From IMG/VR virus record IMGVR_UViG_3300025888_000022, positions 1 to 33,505 of that record: a stretch of 33,505 nucleotides of DNA; one strand, written 5' to 3'. Positions within the stretch are counted from its first letter, which is position 1. Each line of letters opens with the position of its first letter. A program made the translations under genes and the position numbers. The stretch is from a virus (taxonomy: Duplodnaviria; Caudoviricetes). This document shows, piece by piece, positions 1 to 7,508 of the stretch. The notes beneath the pieces were generated by a model. It saw nothing but the letters and a program-made list of their open reading frames with translations. It did no database searches and had not been told where the DNA came from.

Positions 1-391
1 TTCGGATATCCTCTCGAAGAAAGCCGATACCGAGATTGCAATGATGACACAGAAGACCTCGAACCAACTCCGTAGTGTGGTCGTGGTCAACGCGGGGTGT
101 GGTGTCGCCGAAGGGGTTTCCACAGATGGCGCAGCGGTCACCTTGTCGAGTACGCATCTCGTCAACCGCGAGGGGACCGACGCCGTACCTAACTAGTCGA
201 GTCTTCGCCAGAAGTTCGACGTGGTGGGCCTCGCGGTATACCTTGGCATATGCTATGTTTCTCTCTCGGTTAGTCTTGTTGTACTCCGCGAAACACGAAC
301 GACACCGATACTGTAACCCGTCGGGGTTGTGGTTACATTGACTGAAATTAGCCAAGTCCTGCGCGACACCACATTTGGTACAAGTTTTCAT
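1..391 (-). CDS. Recombination endonuclease VII-family (HNH-type) nuclease, truncated by the window edge
   Basis: Not in the ORF track. Manual translation from ATG 391: MKTCTKCG...RCRSC...RYGV...QGDRCAICGNPFGDTTPRVDHDHTTELVRGLLCHHCNLGIG. CAIC, DHDH and VRGLLCxxCN are EndoVII motifs. Confidence 0.88.
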   Translation of the reverse strand, partial: MKTCTKCGVAQDLANFSQCNHNPDGLQYRCRSCFAEYNKTNRERNIAYAKVYREAHHVELLAKTRLVRYGVGPLAVDEMRTRQGDRCAICGNPFGDTTPRVDHDHTTELVRGLLCHHCNLGIGFLREDIR

Positions 392-397
392 AAGGCT

Positions 398-427
398 AGT
401 ATACCACAAATGGCCCAGTCGCGGCAA
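398..427 (-). promoter_or_regulatory. Sigma70-type promoter, probably leaderless, for the EndoVII gene
   Basis: TTGCCG-18-TATACT, then only 6 nt (AGCCTT) to the ATG; no Shine-Dalgarno. Confidence 0.6.
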
Positions 428-440
428 GTTTTTCGCATCA

Positions 441-474
441 AAAACAAGAAACCCCGCGAAAACGCGGGGTTTCT
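441..474 (-). terminator. Intrinsic terminator after the Ala/Thr-rich gene
   Basis: 12-bp stem AGAAACCCCGCG(447-458)/CGCGGGGTTTCT(463-474) with a 4-nt loop, followed by TGTTTTT on the minus strand. Confidence 0.8.
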
Positions 475-497
475 ATGCGTTCGTATGATTGTGGGGA

Positions 498-2264
498 CTA
501 CGACACGCTGTCCTCAGTTGAGACCTCCGCCGATGTATCCTCGTAGCCCGCGTGACGCGCGAGCAGCGTCCACACGCTGCCCTCAGGCAGTTCGTAGGAG
601 TAGTCCCCATCGGCGTCGGCGTAGAACACATACTCGGCGTCCTCGCCGTGATAGACGGTCACGCGACCGTAAGGCATGACGCGTCCGAGTGCCGCACCAT
701 CGGTGTCGAGAGTTGCGGGGGTGATGGACACACCAGTGGCAATCGGCGCTGCGAGTTTGGCGGCAATGGCCGCGAGGGTTGCGTTGTCTGGTGCCGCGAC
801 CATATCGGTATTCGTGGTGGTGGTATCCACTAGCGTCACGCGAGCGATGGTGCGGGTCTGTACCTCGTCGGCTATCGCGTCTGCTGTAATCATCGCGGGC
901 GCGTCGTCGGGCAGGGCTGCGACGATGGCCGTCTGCGCGTCAGAGACGTTCGTCGCTGTGGCGATGCCCGAGAGCGAGGAGATGGGTGTAATGTGGTCCT
1001 GCGTCGCTGCGAGTTGCACGTCGGGGAGCGTCGCAACCTTGACGCCAGCGGTGTCGAGTATCGCCTTGAGCGCCCCGAGTCCGTCCGTGGCGTTGGCGAG
1101 GTCGTCCTTGGCTGCGGTCGCGTCGGCGCAGGAGACGGCGGCGGTCACGGACGCGACAGCGCCCATCGCGCTACCGACGATTGCGAGGCCACCCGTCGCG
1201 CCTGCTGTGGCGTCAGGGACGCGTGTGAGCAGTTCGGTCGTGCCGCTCGTGTCCGCGCCAGCATAGGTGGAACGCGTCGTGACGGCGGCATCGATGCGCC
1301 CGAGTTCGGTGGTGAGGTTCGTGCGTACGGCGGAGGCGACAGCAGCCGCGCTCACATCGCCAGCAGACCAGTCGCCGGACACCTTGTCCGCGATGGCCTG
1401 CAACAGCGTCGAGGAGTCGCCCTCATTGAGGAGCGCCGCTTCTATCTGCGCGGTCGTCGGCGGAACGGTGTAGCCTGCCGTCGCCAGTCGGGTGCTGATA
1501 GCCGTATCTACCCGTCCAAGTTCGGTACCGAGTTCGGTGCGTACTGCGCTCGCGTTGGCGGTGGCAGTCGGGGGAGCGGTGGTGAGCGCATAGCCGGATT
1601 TGTCATTGTTCGTCGTGACGACTACCGCAGGGACCGTTGCGGCCTTGATGCCCGTCGTGACGAGCAGCGTGTTGAGCGCCGACAAGCCATAGGTGGCGAG
1701 GTCGCGCACCGCGCCCGCGATAGCCGTGAGCGCACCAGCAGCGAGCGTGTTGACGGTGCCGATGGTGACGGCAGACTGGTCGGCTGCGAGAGAGAAACCA
1801 GTCTTGGCTGTGACCGATGCCACCGAGCCGACGACGTTGCCGCCGACATTGCCGGTGACGGATGCGACCGAGCCGGTGACGCTGGCGACGGTACCCATGT
1901 TGGAGCCGACTGCGGCGGGCGATGCGGGCAGGTTCACGGTCTTGGCTGCGATACCATCGGCCACGGTATCCACCACAGCCAGCGGAGTGAGCACGTCCTG
2001 ACCGGGATAGTCTGTGACGAGAGTGGTGAGGGTGCCATCAGTCGCCGCAACTACCACCTCATCGGCGTTGCGCTCGGTGGCGGTCAGCGTCAGTTTGTAT
2101 CGCCCGGTCGTCACTATCTCCGTGGCGGCATTCGTGGCGGCGACGGGTGCGGCTCCATCTTTTTGCACGGTCACGGTAAGCGTCAGCCCCGACACGTACT
2201 CGAACGTGGTGGGGTCCCACATCGCGAACGAGATGGTCTGCGCTACGCCTTTGGGGAGACTCAT
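498..2264 (-). CDS. Ala/Thr/Val-rich putative virion structural protein (fibre or decoration) with internal repeats
   Basis: 588 aa. Repeats AVRTELGTELGRVD/AVRTNLTTELGRID, GLSALNTLL..GIKAATVP/GLGALKAIL..GVKVATLP and VASVTG runs. Beta-rich termini. ATGA overlap with the upstream gene. Confidence 0.65.
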   Translation of the reverse strand: MSLPKGVAQTISFAMWDPTTFEYVSGLTLTVTVQKDGAAPVAATNAATEIVTTGRYKLTLTATERNADEVVVAATDGTLTTLVTDYPGQDVLTPLAVVDTVADGIAAKTVNLPASPAAVGSNMGTVASVTGSVASVTGNVGGNVVGSVASVTAKTGFSLAADQSAVTIGTVNTLAAGALTAIAGAVRDLATYGLSALNTLLVTTGIKAATVPAVVVTTNNDKSGYALTTAPPTATANASAVRTELGTELGRVDTAISTRLATAGYTVPPTTAQIEAALLNEGDSSTLLQAIADKVSGDWSAGDVSAAAVASAVRTNLTTELGRIDAAVTTRSTYAGADTSGTTELLTRVPDATAGATGGLAIVGSAMGAVASVTAAVSCADATAAKDDLANATDGLGALKAILDTAGVKVATLPDVQLAATQDHITPISSLSGIATATNVSDAQTAIVAALPDDAPAMITADAIADEVQTRTIARVTLVDTTTTNTDMVAAPDNATLAAIAAKLAAPIATGVSITPATLDTDGAALGRVMPYGRVTVYHGEDAEYVFYADADGDYSYELPEGSVWTLLARHAGYEDTSAEVSTEDSVS

Positions 2265-2569
2265 GAGTCGCTTCCTTCCACGGGTGCGGTCCTTGCGCCG
2301 AAGGGCATCATCGGGTCATTCTCCGCGTCGTCGTCGGGTGTGACTTCGCCCACCGCCACGCCTACGCTGATGCCGCTCTTCCCGTCCACGGGCGGCAGCT
2401 GGTAGACGTAGTGCGTGGTCTGATCGAACGCGGGGATGGCAGCGAACGCCACCCGCTTCGTGCCTGCCGGGGCAGCGACGGTCAGCTCGCTACGCGCACC
2501 CAGCAGACATGGGTTGGCGATCGAGCTCAGCTGCAGCTGCCCGCCGACGAGCTTCCCGTAGCTTTCCAT
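2261..2569 (-). CDS. Small protein downstream of the DGR RT remnant (possible tail-fibre assembly or accessory protein)
   Basis: 102-aa ORF overlapping the RT 3' end and coupled by ATGA to the next gene. Function is a guess. Confidence 0.55.
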   Translation of the reverse strand: MESYGKLVGGQLQLSSIANPCLLGARSELTVAAPAGTKRVAFAAIPAFDQTTHYVYQLPPVDGKSGISVGVAVGEVTPDDDAENDPMMPFGARTAPVEGSDS

Positions 2570-2900
2570 CGAGGCTTACCACCCTTCTTGCATCTGCGAT
2601 CGTCACGATCGGCCTGACGTACTTGTGGTAGAAGCGGTAGCTGTCGGTGTGCTTGATCCAGCCCCAGTAGGAGATGATCGCGGCGGCATCGAGGTAGCTC
2701 AGACGACGCTTCTTCGCGATCCGGCTCACCCGGCGCCGGATCCTTAGGGAGGTGCGGATCTCGATCGCGTAGGAGTCGATGTCCTGAAGGACACGCCTGA
2801 CCTTCGTGTGATCCCGCTTGCCGAGCGACGCCCTTGAGATCGCTTCCTTGATGTTGTCGAGGTCGCAGATCTTCTCGTAGAGGTATCCGTACCGCTTCAA
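2490..2900 (-). pseudogene. DGR reverse transcriptase with an in-frame internal deletion of the catalytic core (136 aa)
   Basis: TTG at 2900 after GAGAAAGAAG. N-terminus MKRYGYLYEKICDLDNIKEAISRASLGKR and C-terminus RIRRR..IAKK..LSYLDAAAIISYWGWIKHTDSYRFYHKY resemble DGR RT ends. They are joined at ..AIEIR/TSLRIRRR with no YxDD or PxG motif. Sits directly downstream of the TR. Confidence 0.85.
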
Positions 2901-3029
2901 GAGTGCTTCTTTCTCATTAGCCTCAGGGTGGTCCGAGCCTTCATCCGGCCTACTAGACCCTGCTCTTTGCGGCGCATTTCTGGCGAGTGCCAAGGAGAGT
3001 GGAGTGCAAGTTCACGTGCTGTCTTCTAA

Positions 3030-3140
3030 TGAGAGTCTGCCTGCCGATGTTCACGTTGGCGTTCGACGACGCGTTGTTGGCGTTCCAGTACCGCAGCCCC
3101 GCGTTCGAGCCGTTGTTCCAGTTGCCGCCGACGATGGCAA
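3030..3140 (-). repeat. DGR template repeat (TR, with IMH*-like 3' end)
   Basis: Reads AIVGGNWNNGSNAGLRYWNANNASSNANVNIGRQTL with 10 AAC codons. The 98-bp core (3043-3140) differs from the VR core (3224-3321) at 15 positions, 14 of them TR adenines. Confidence 0.95.
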
Positions 3141-3170
3141 GCGCGCACTCCAAACCCCTGTAGTTCAAGC

Positions 3171-3189
3171 CGGGGGATGTTCTCCCCCG
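3171..3189 (-). other. GC-rich hairpin/cruciform downstream of VR-IMH (DGR target-recognition element)
   Basis: CGGGGGA-GAACA-TCCCCCG, 7-bp stem and 5-nt loop, 7 nt after the target stop codon; same position as the BPP-1 DGR hairpin. Confidence 0.8.
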
Positions 3190-3196
3190 TGACCCC

Positions 3197-4528
3197 CTAA
3201 AGAGCCTTCCTGAGAAGCCGCCCGCCGATGGACACGTCGGCGAACGACGACGCGTCGCTGGCGTGCCAGTACCGCAGCCCCGCGTACGAGCCGTTAGCCC
3301 AGAAGCCGCCGACGAAGGCAATGCGTTGGCCGGCGGCGGTGTAGTAGTAGTCGCTGTAGTAGGTCGTCGAGGAACCGCCGACCGTTGCGGGGAACTCGGC
3401 ATATGGGTTCGCGGCATCGAAGCCGAGAGCCACGGGGGAGCCGCTCGCGCTGCCGTTGACGTAGCCGAGTTGCACGTACGGGGCGGCGAAGACATTGCTC
3501 GCGTAGTCCGCCGCGTTAGGTGTCACCCACGCTTGGTACTCGTTGATGTTGACGCCATCCACGAACTGCCACACGTCGCCCCACGGCGACTCGATGCCGC
3601 GATAGGAGCAGGGGTACTTGCCGTCGTTGGCCGTGAGGTAGCCGCTCACGGGGCCGGTTGCGAAGCCGTTTCGCCACCCCATGCTCCAGACCACGTTGCC
3701 GACCGCGACATTCACCGCCGCGCCGTCGAAGGTCATCGCCTTGTTGGAGGCGTCGTAGACTTCGATGGCCGCGATGAGGCGATTGGAAGCGACCGACGCG
3801 GAGCCCGTGGCTGTGCCGATGCCGACGCTTTGGCCCACTCGGTAAGCGGCGGCCACGGCGTTGGTGACGATGATGCGGTTGACCGCGTTCTCCGCGACCG
3901 TGGCGGTGTCAGTGGCGGCGTAGGGGCCGACCGTGAACCCAGGCATGACGGCTTGACTGTTGAGCGTAGCGAACTCGACCGTGAACAGCGCAGAGAGCAC
4001 GTCATGAGCGTGGACGTCGAGCTGCTGATAGCCGAGCAGGCCCCCGGTGTTGTTGGCCCGCGCCCGCGTGCGAAACGTGACGATGTTCTGGCTCACGAGC
4101 GGGAAGGTGGACGCCTTGCTATCGAGCGTGGTGCCGCCGGAGGACGCTTTGTACTTCCCGAAGTCGAAGTAGGCCAGCTCGTGGCCATTCGTGAAGTCCC
4201 AGAAGACGGCAGGCAGGTAGAAGCCCGGGTGCTGCGTCTTGGAGATGCGGATGGTGCGATAGCCCACGCCGTCCGTCTTGGCGATGTAGAACTTCGGGAT
4301 CCGCACGAAGACGTTGCCCAGCGTGTCGGTGACTTCGACGATCTCGCTGAAGATGGGCGCGCGGTCGAAGCTGTTGGCCGCAGCGACCCCGCCGAGAGCG
4401 CCCACGGCAGCGGTCATGCCTACGGCGGAGTCGGTGCGGGTCAGCGTCGGGCTACTGCCCTTGCCCCACGACACGCCGAAGATCTCGGTGGTACGAGGCA
4501 CGATGAGATGGAGCGTCGTCGTTGTCAT
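3197..4528 (-). CDS. DGR target protein, C-type-lectin-fold putative receptor-binding or tail-fibre protein
   Basis: 443 aa with GGAGG RBS. Motifs VFVRIPKFY, FGKYKAS, YRGIESPWGDVWQFVDG (GNxWEW-like) and C-terminal GGxW..G..IGGRL carrying the VR. Confidence 0.9.
   Translation of the reverse strand: MTTTTLHLIVPRTTEIFGVSWGKGSSPTLTRTDSAVGMTAAVGALGGVAAANSFDRAPIFSEIVEVTDTLGNVFVRIPKFYIAKTDGVGYRTIRISKTQHPGFYLPAVFWDFTNGHELAYFDFGKYKASSGGTTLDSKASTFPLVSQNIVTFRTRARANNTGGLLGYQQLDVHAHDVLSALFTVEFATLNSQAVMPGFTVGPYAATDTATVAENAVNRIIVTNAVAAAYRVGQSVGIGTATGSASVASNRLIAAIEVYDASNKAMTFDGAAVNVAVGNVVWSMGWRNGFATGPVSGYLTANDGKYPCSYRGIESPWGDVWQFVDGVNINEYQAWVTPNAADYASNVFAAPYVQLGYVNGSASGSPVALGFDAANPYAEFPATVGGSSTTYYSDYYYTAAGQRIAFVGGFWANGSYAGLRYWHASDASSFADVSIGGRLLRKAL
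3211..3321 (-). repeat. DGR variable repeat (VR) at the 3' end of the target gene
   Basis: Encodes AFVGGFWANGSYAGLRYWHASDASSFADVSIGGRLL; colinear with the TR without gaps. Confidence 0.95.
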
Positions 4529-4715
4529 CTAGCCCACCTCCGCGTGTCCGCGAGTGTTGTTCATGTGCGGACTCCTGACGGGAATCATGTTGCTCCTAGA
4601 TACGCCGAAAGACGACGGTCGTCCGTCGTCTGGAGATTCGGTGATGCGCCTTGCCCCTTACGCACCGTGTCGCACCCCGTGTACAGCAGAACCTTGTGCG
4701 CGACCGCCCATACTC

Positions 4716-4805
4716 CTACTTCTTGACTGACTTCTTCAACTTCTTCTTCTTGTCGGCCTTGTCCTTGCCGTCCTTCTTCACAAACGGTGCAGCCTTGTTC
4801 TTCAT
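4716..4805 (-). CDS. 29-aa lysine-rich peptide
   Basis: MKNKAAPFVKKDGKDKADKKKKLKKSVKK; start overlaps the holin stop (TGATG) and is preceded by GAGG. Confidence 0.55.
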   Translation of the reverse strand: MKNKAAPFVKKDGKDKADKKKKLKKSVKK

Positions 4806-5077
4806 CAGGCGTCCTCACCCTCGATGTTGTACTCGTGTTCCTCGACGTAGGCTTCGGCGTTGGCCTTCTGCGCCTGCGCGACCTCGGGCGTACCGGTATC
4901 GACGTTCGTCTTGAGGAACGCCATGAAGTTCGTCAGTCCTGCGAGCACGCCCGTGACAGCCGCCAGAATCCGCAGCATGTCGTCGGTCGAGACTACGCCG
5001 AACGCGGTTAGCGCGATGGCAAGAGCGCCCGCGATTCCGTAGATGGCCTTGCGTCGTTCAGGTGTGAGCCACGCCAT
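4805..5077 (-). CDS. Putative holin (2 TM)
   Basis: MAWLTPERRKAIYGIAGALAIALTAFGVVS..., two hydrophobic helices, charged tail, AAGGAGG RBS; resembles actinophage holins. Confidence 0.7.
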   Translation of the reverse strand: MAWLTPERRKAIYGIAGALAIALTAFGVVSTDDMLRILAAVTGVLAGLTNFMAFLKTNVDTGTPEVAQAQKANAEAYVEEHEYNIEGEDA

Positions 5078-5103
5078 GATGCGCCTCCTTGAATGATGTC
5101 CCC

Positions 5104-5132
5104 ATTATATCAGATGACAACGCATCAGTCCA
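5104..5132 (-). promoter_or_regulatory. Sigma70-type promoter for the holin-DGR unit
   Basis: TGGACT-17-TATAAT. Confidence 0.6.
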
Positions 5133-5133
5133 C

Positions 5134-6600
5134 CTAGACTATGCGCTCGTCCTTGAGTAGGCCAGCCTTCTTAAGCATGACCGCCGTGGGGCGGTCGATG
5201 CGGTCGCCGTGCGCATACACGATGCCATTGTGATGCACCGTGATGCCAAGTTTGATGGGGTAGTGCAGCGGCGGGACACGTACGGGATTCGTCACGATTC
5301 CGAGCGCCGCCCACTTGGCACGCACCCGAACGAGGAGTTCTGCGTAGTTGGCTTGGATGTTCGTGAACGAGTTGCTGTTGAGCGTCCGACCATCCTTGGC
5401 GTAGGTACGATAGTCGAATAGCGTCTCGTGGATGATGTGGACGCGTGCTCCTACGGCAACACAGCGCGTCCAGAAGTCCCAGTCCTCCAGTCCGTCACGC
5501 ATGGACTCGTCATATCCGCCGACCTTCGTCCAGAAGGACTTACGGAACAACGACCCCGAAATGACCTGATTGGCGGCTATAAAATGCTCGATGGCGGGGT
5601 TCGACATTGGGAGTTTCCACCCACCACCGCTCGCGCCGAACGACTTGAGGTCGCAGGACACGATGTCGGCAAGCCCGGCGAGCTTCTCGATGAACTCGGG
5701 ACGCAGCCTGTCGTCGGCATCGAGGCAGACGATGTTCTTGCCCGTGGCCTTGGCGATGCCTGCGTTGCGAGCCGCCGACACGCCGCCGTTCTTCCGCTGC
5801 CGGACGAGCGTCACGGGATACCGCTTGGCGACCTTCGCCGTGTCGTCAGTACTAGCGTCGTCCACCACGATAATCTCGATGGGTGGCTCGGTCTGCGCGA
5901 GGACGGACTCGATGGCCTCAGCGAGGAACTGACCTTGGTTGTAGCACGGGATGACCACCGAGGTCTTGTGCTTCCACGAGTAGGCCCAGTGGTGGACGCC
6001 GTAGGTGTCGGTAGTCACGCACTTCGGGTCGAACGCGCCCTTGTCGTGCCACGAGTAGGGGTAGAACCGTTTGGAGTTGAGCAGCCGCACGCCCGCTATG
6101 GTCGCGTCGGCGTCGGTGCGCTTCCACCCGTGCTTCGCGAGCAGGTTCGTGAACATCCTCGGACCGAGTTCGTTCTCGACCGCCGTATGGTCGTAGTCGA
6201 GGGAGTCCATGTAGTCAAGACATTCACGGATGAACGGATGCCCTGCAACTGCGCCCAACACGCCGCACGCGGCCCAGATGCAGTTCGGGCCGTCGTTCTC
6301 GACACCGATGAACGCGTCGTACGCGAGCAGGTCGCCAAAATCACGCAGCACGTCCACGTCGAGGTCGAGGTAGATGCCGCCCGTCTCATACAACTTCGCC
6401 CAACACGCGTACTGTGCCGAGTTGACGATGATGCCACGGTCACGCATCGCTCGTGTACAGCGGGACGACGGGATGTCGTCATCATCGAGAAGATGAATCT
6501 CGTAGTCAGGAAACCGTTTCCGCCACGACTGGATGTAACAGTGGACCGAAGGCAGGGGGTCGTCACCACACCACGCTGCGTAGATTCGCTTAGGAATCAT
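5134..6600 (-). CDS. Two-domain glycosyltransferase (GT32/DXD-type N-terminal plus GT2 C-terminal)
   Basis: MIPKRIYAAW, LYETGGIYLDLDV and HHWAYSW (GT32-like); SVVIPCYNQ, IIVVDDASTD, NGGVSAARNAGI, LDADD and EDWDFW (GT2). Confidence 0.92.
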   Translation of the reverse strand: MIPKRIYAAWCGDDPLPSVHCYIQSWRKRFPDYEIHLLDDDDIPSSRCTRAMRDRGIIVNSAQYACWAKLYETGGIYLDLDVDVLRDFGDLLAYDAFIGVENDGPNCIWAACGVLGAVAGHPFIRECLDYMDSLDYDHTAVENELGPRMFTNLLAKHGWKRTDADATIAGVRLLNSKRFYPYSWHDKGAFDPKCVTTDTYGVHHWAYSWKHKTSVVIPCYNQGQFLAEAIESVLAQTEPPIEIIVVDDASTDDTAKVAKRYPVTLVRQRKNGGVSAARNAGIAKATGKNIVCLDADDRLRPEFIEKLAGLADIVSCDLKSFGASGGGWKLPMSNPAIEHFIAANQVISGSLFRKSFWTKVGGYDESMRDGLEDWDFWTRCVAVGARVHIIHETLFDYRTYAKDGRTLNSNSFTNIQANYAELLVRVRAKWAALGIVTNPVRVPPLHYPIKLGITVHHNGIVYAHGDRIDRPTAVMLKKAGLLKDERIV

Positions 6601-7508
6601 GTGTTGTACTCCGCCATCATACGAATGGCAGCAGGGGTGAGCCAGTAGTCGTTATAGTCACTATGCTCCGCCACGACAGTCCCGTCCCCGTGTCCGCGCT
6701 CGACTATCCAGTATGTCCCCGCGTCCCTAGCGTCGGGGGCCTCGTTGTCGGTGATAAGGCATTCGTGCAACTGCTCCCCCGCACGCGCCCCTATCTCGCG
6801 CACCGTGCAGTCGGGGGCCAGCGCCGCCGCTACGTCCGTGAGGTGGTAACTCGGCATCTTAGGCACGAACATCTCTCCGTTGCGCCCCTCACGGATGGCA
6901 GTCAGCACCATACCGACCGCCTCGTCAGGAGTGATGCTGTAGCGGGTCATCTTCGAGTCAGTGATGGTGATTTCCGCCCCCGCTGCGGCCTGCGCCTGAA
7001 ACAGCGGCACGACGCTGCCCCTGCTGCCGAATATGTTGCCACAGCGCACCACACAGCCCGCTGTTGGGCCTTCCGGGAGCGAGAGGAACAGCCGCTCGGC
7101 GATGAGTTTCGTGGCTCCGTAGACGTTGGTGGGCCGCGCCGCTTTGTCGGTGGACAGCGCGACCACGAGCGGGATTTTCTCCGCTGTGGCGGCACAAACG
7201 ACGTTGTACGACCCCCCGATGTTCGAGTTGATGGCCTCTATCGGGTTCTCCTCGCACGCAGGCACCTGTTTCATGGCCGCAGCGTGGACCACCACGTCGA
7301 TTCCCCGCATCGCGGCCTTCAGACGCGAAAGGTCGCGCACATCACCCACGACGAAGCGCAGACGCGGGTCATTCCCGAATGACGCGGCCATCTCACCCTG
7401 CTTGAACTCGTCACGGCTGTAGACGGTGATTGTGTGCGTTCGGTCAAGCGTCGTTTGACAAAACGCCTGTCCGAACGACCCCGTTCCGCCTGTTATGAGA
7501 ATGTTCAT
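6597..7508 (-). CDS. pseB: UDP-GlcNAc 4,6-dehydratase (PseB/FlaA1/CapD-type SDR)
   Basis: Start re-called to ATG 7508 (ATGA overlap). GGTGSFG, SRDEFKQ, GDVRD, HAAAMKQVP, LSTDKA, YGATK, GSRGSVVPLF and ITD..MTR motifs. Symbol is family-level only. Confidence 0.85.
   Translation of the reverse strand: MNILITGGTGSFGQAFCQTTLDRTHTITVYSRDEFKQGEMAASFGNDPRLRFVVGDVRDLSRLKAAMRGIDVVVHAAAMKQVPACEENPIEAINSNIGGSYNVVCAATAEKIPLVVALSTDKAARPTNVYGATKLIAERLFLSLPEGPTAGCVVRCGNIFGSRGSVVPLFQAQAAAGAEITITDSKMTRYSITPDEAVGMVLTAIREGRNGEMFVPKMPSYHLTDVAAALAPDCTVREIGARAGEQLHECLITDNEAPDARDAGTYWIVERGHGDGTVVAEHSDYNDYWLTPAAIRMMAEYNT

Larger units (their letters stand above)
2490..4528 (-). mobile_element. Diversity-generating retroelement cassette (target-VR/IMH-hairpin-TR-spacer-RT remnant), apparently non-autonomous
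   Basis: TR/VR pair with adenine-specific mismatches, GC hairpin after the VR stop, RT remnant, no avd ORF. Confidence 0.92.

Noticed and set aside
993-2405. Long plus-strand ORFs (also 3263-4726, 5428-6648) and minus-strand ORFs over the primase and polymerase
   Set aside because: Antisense shadows of real high-GC genes; Arg/Gly-rich with no motifs or RBS.
2261-2569. 102-aa ORF as Avd
   Set aside because: Pro/Gly/Val-rich, beta-like and acidic, not the basic four-helix bundle expected for Avd.
2901-2993. ORF-track N-terminal extension of the RT (start 2993)
   Set aside because: It lies in the TR spacer; the DGR-RT-like N-terminus begins at TTG 2900 with an RBS.
2953-3495. 180-aa minus-strand ORF running through VR and TR
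   Set aside because: It is the open TR frame (AAC-rich, stop-free) joined to an off-frame read of the target; no RBS and no resemblance to Avd.
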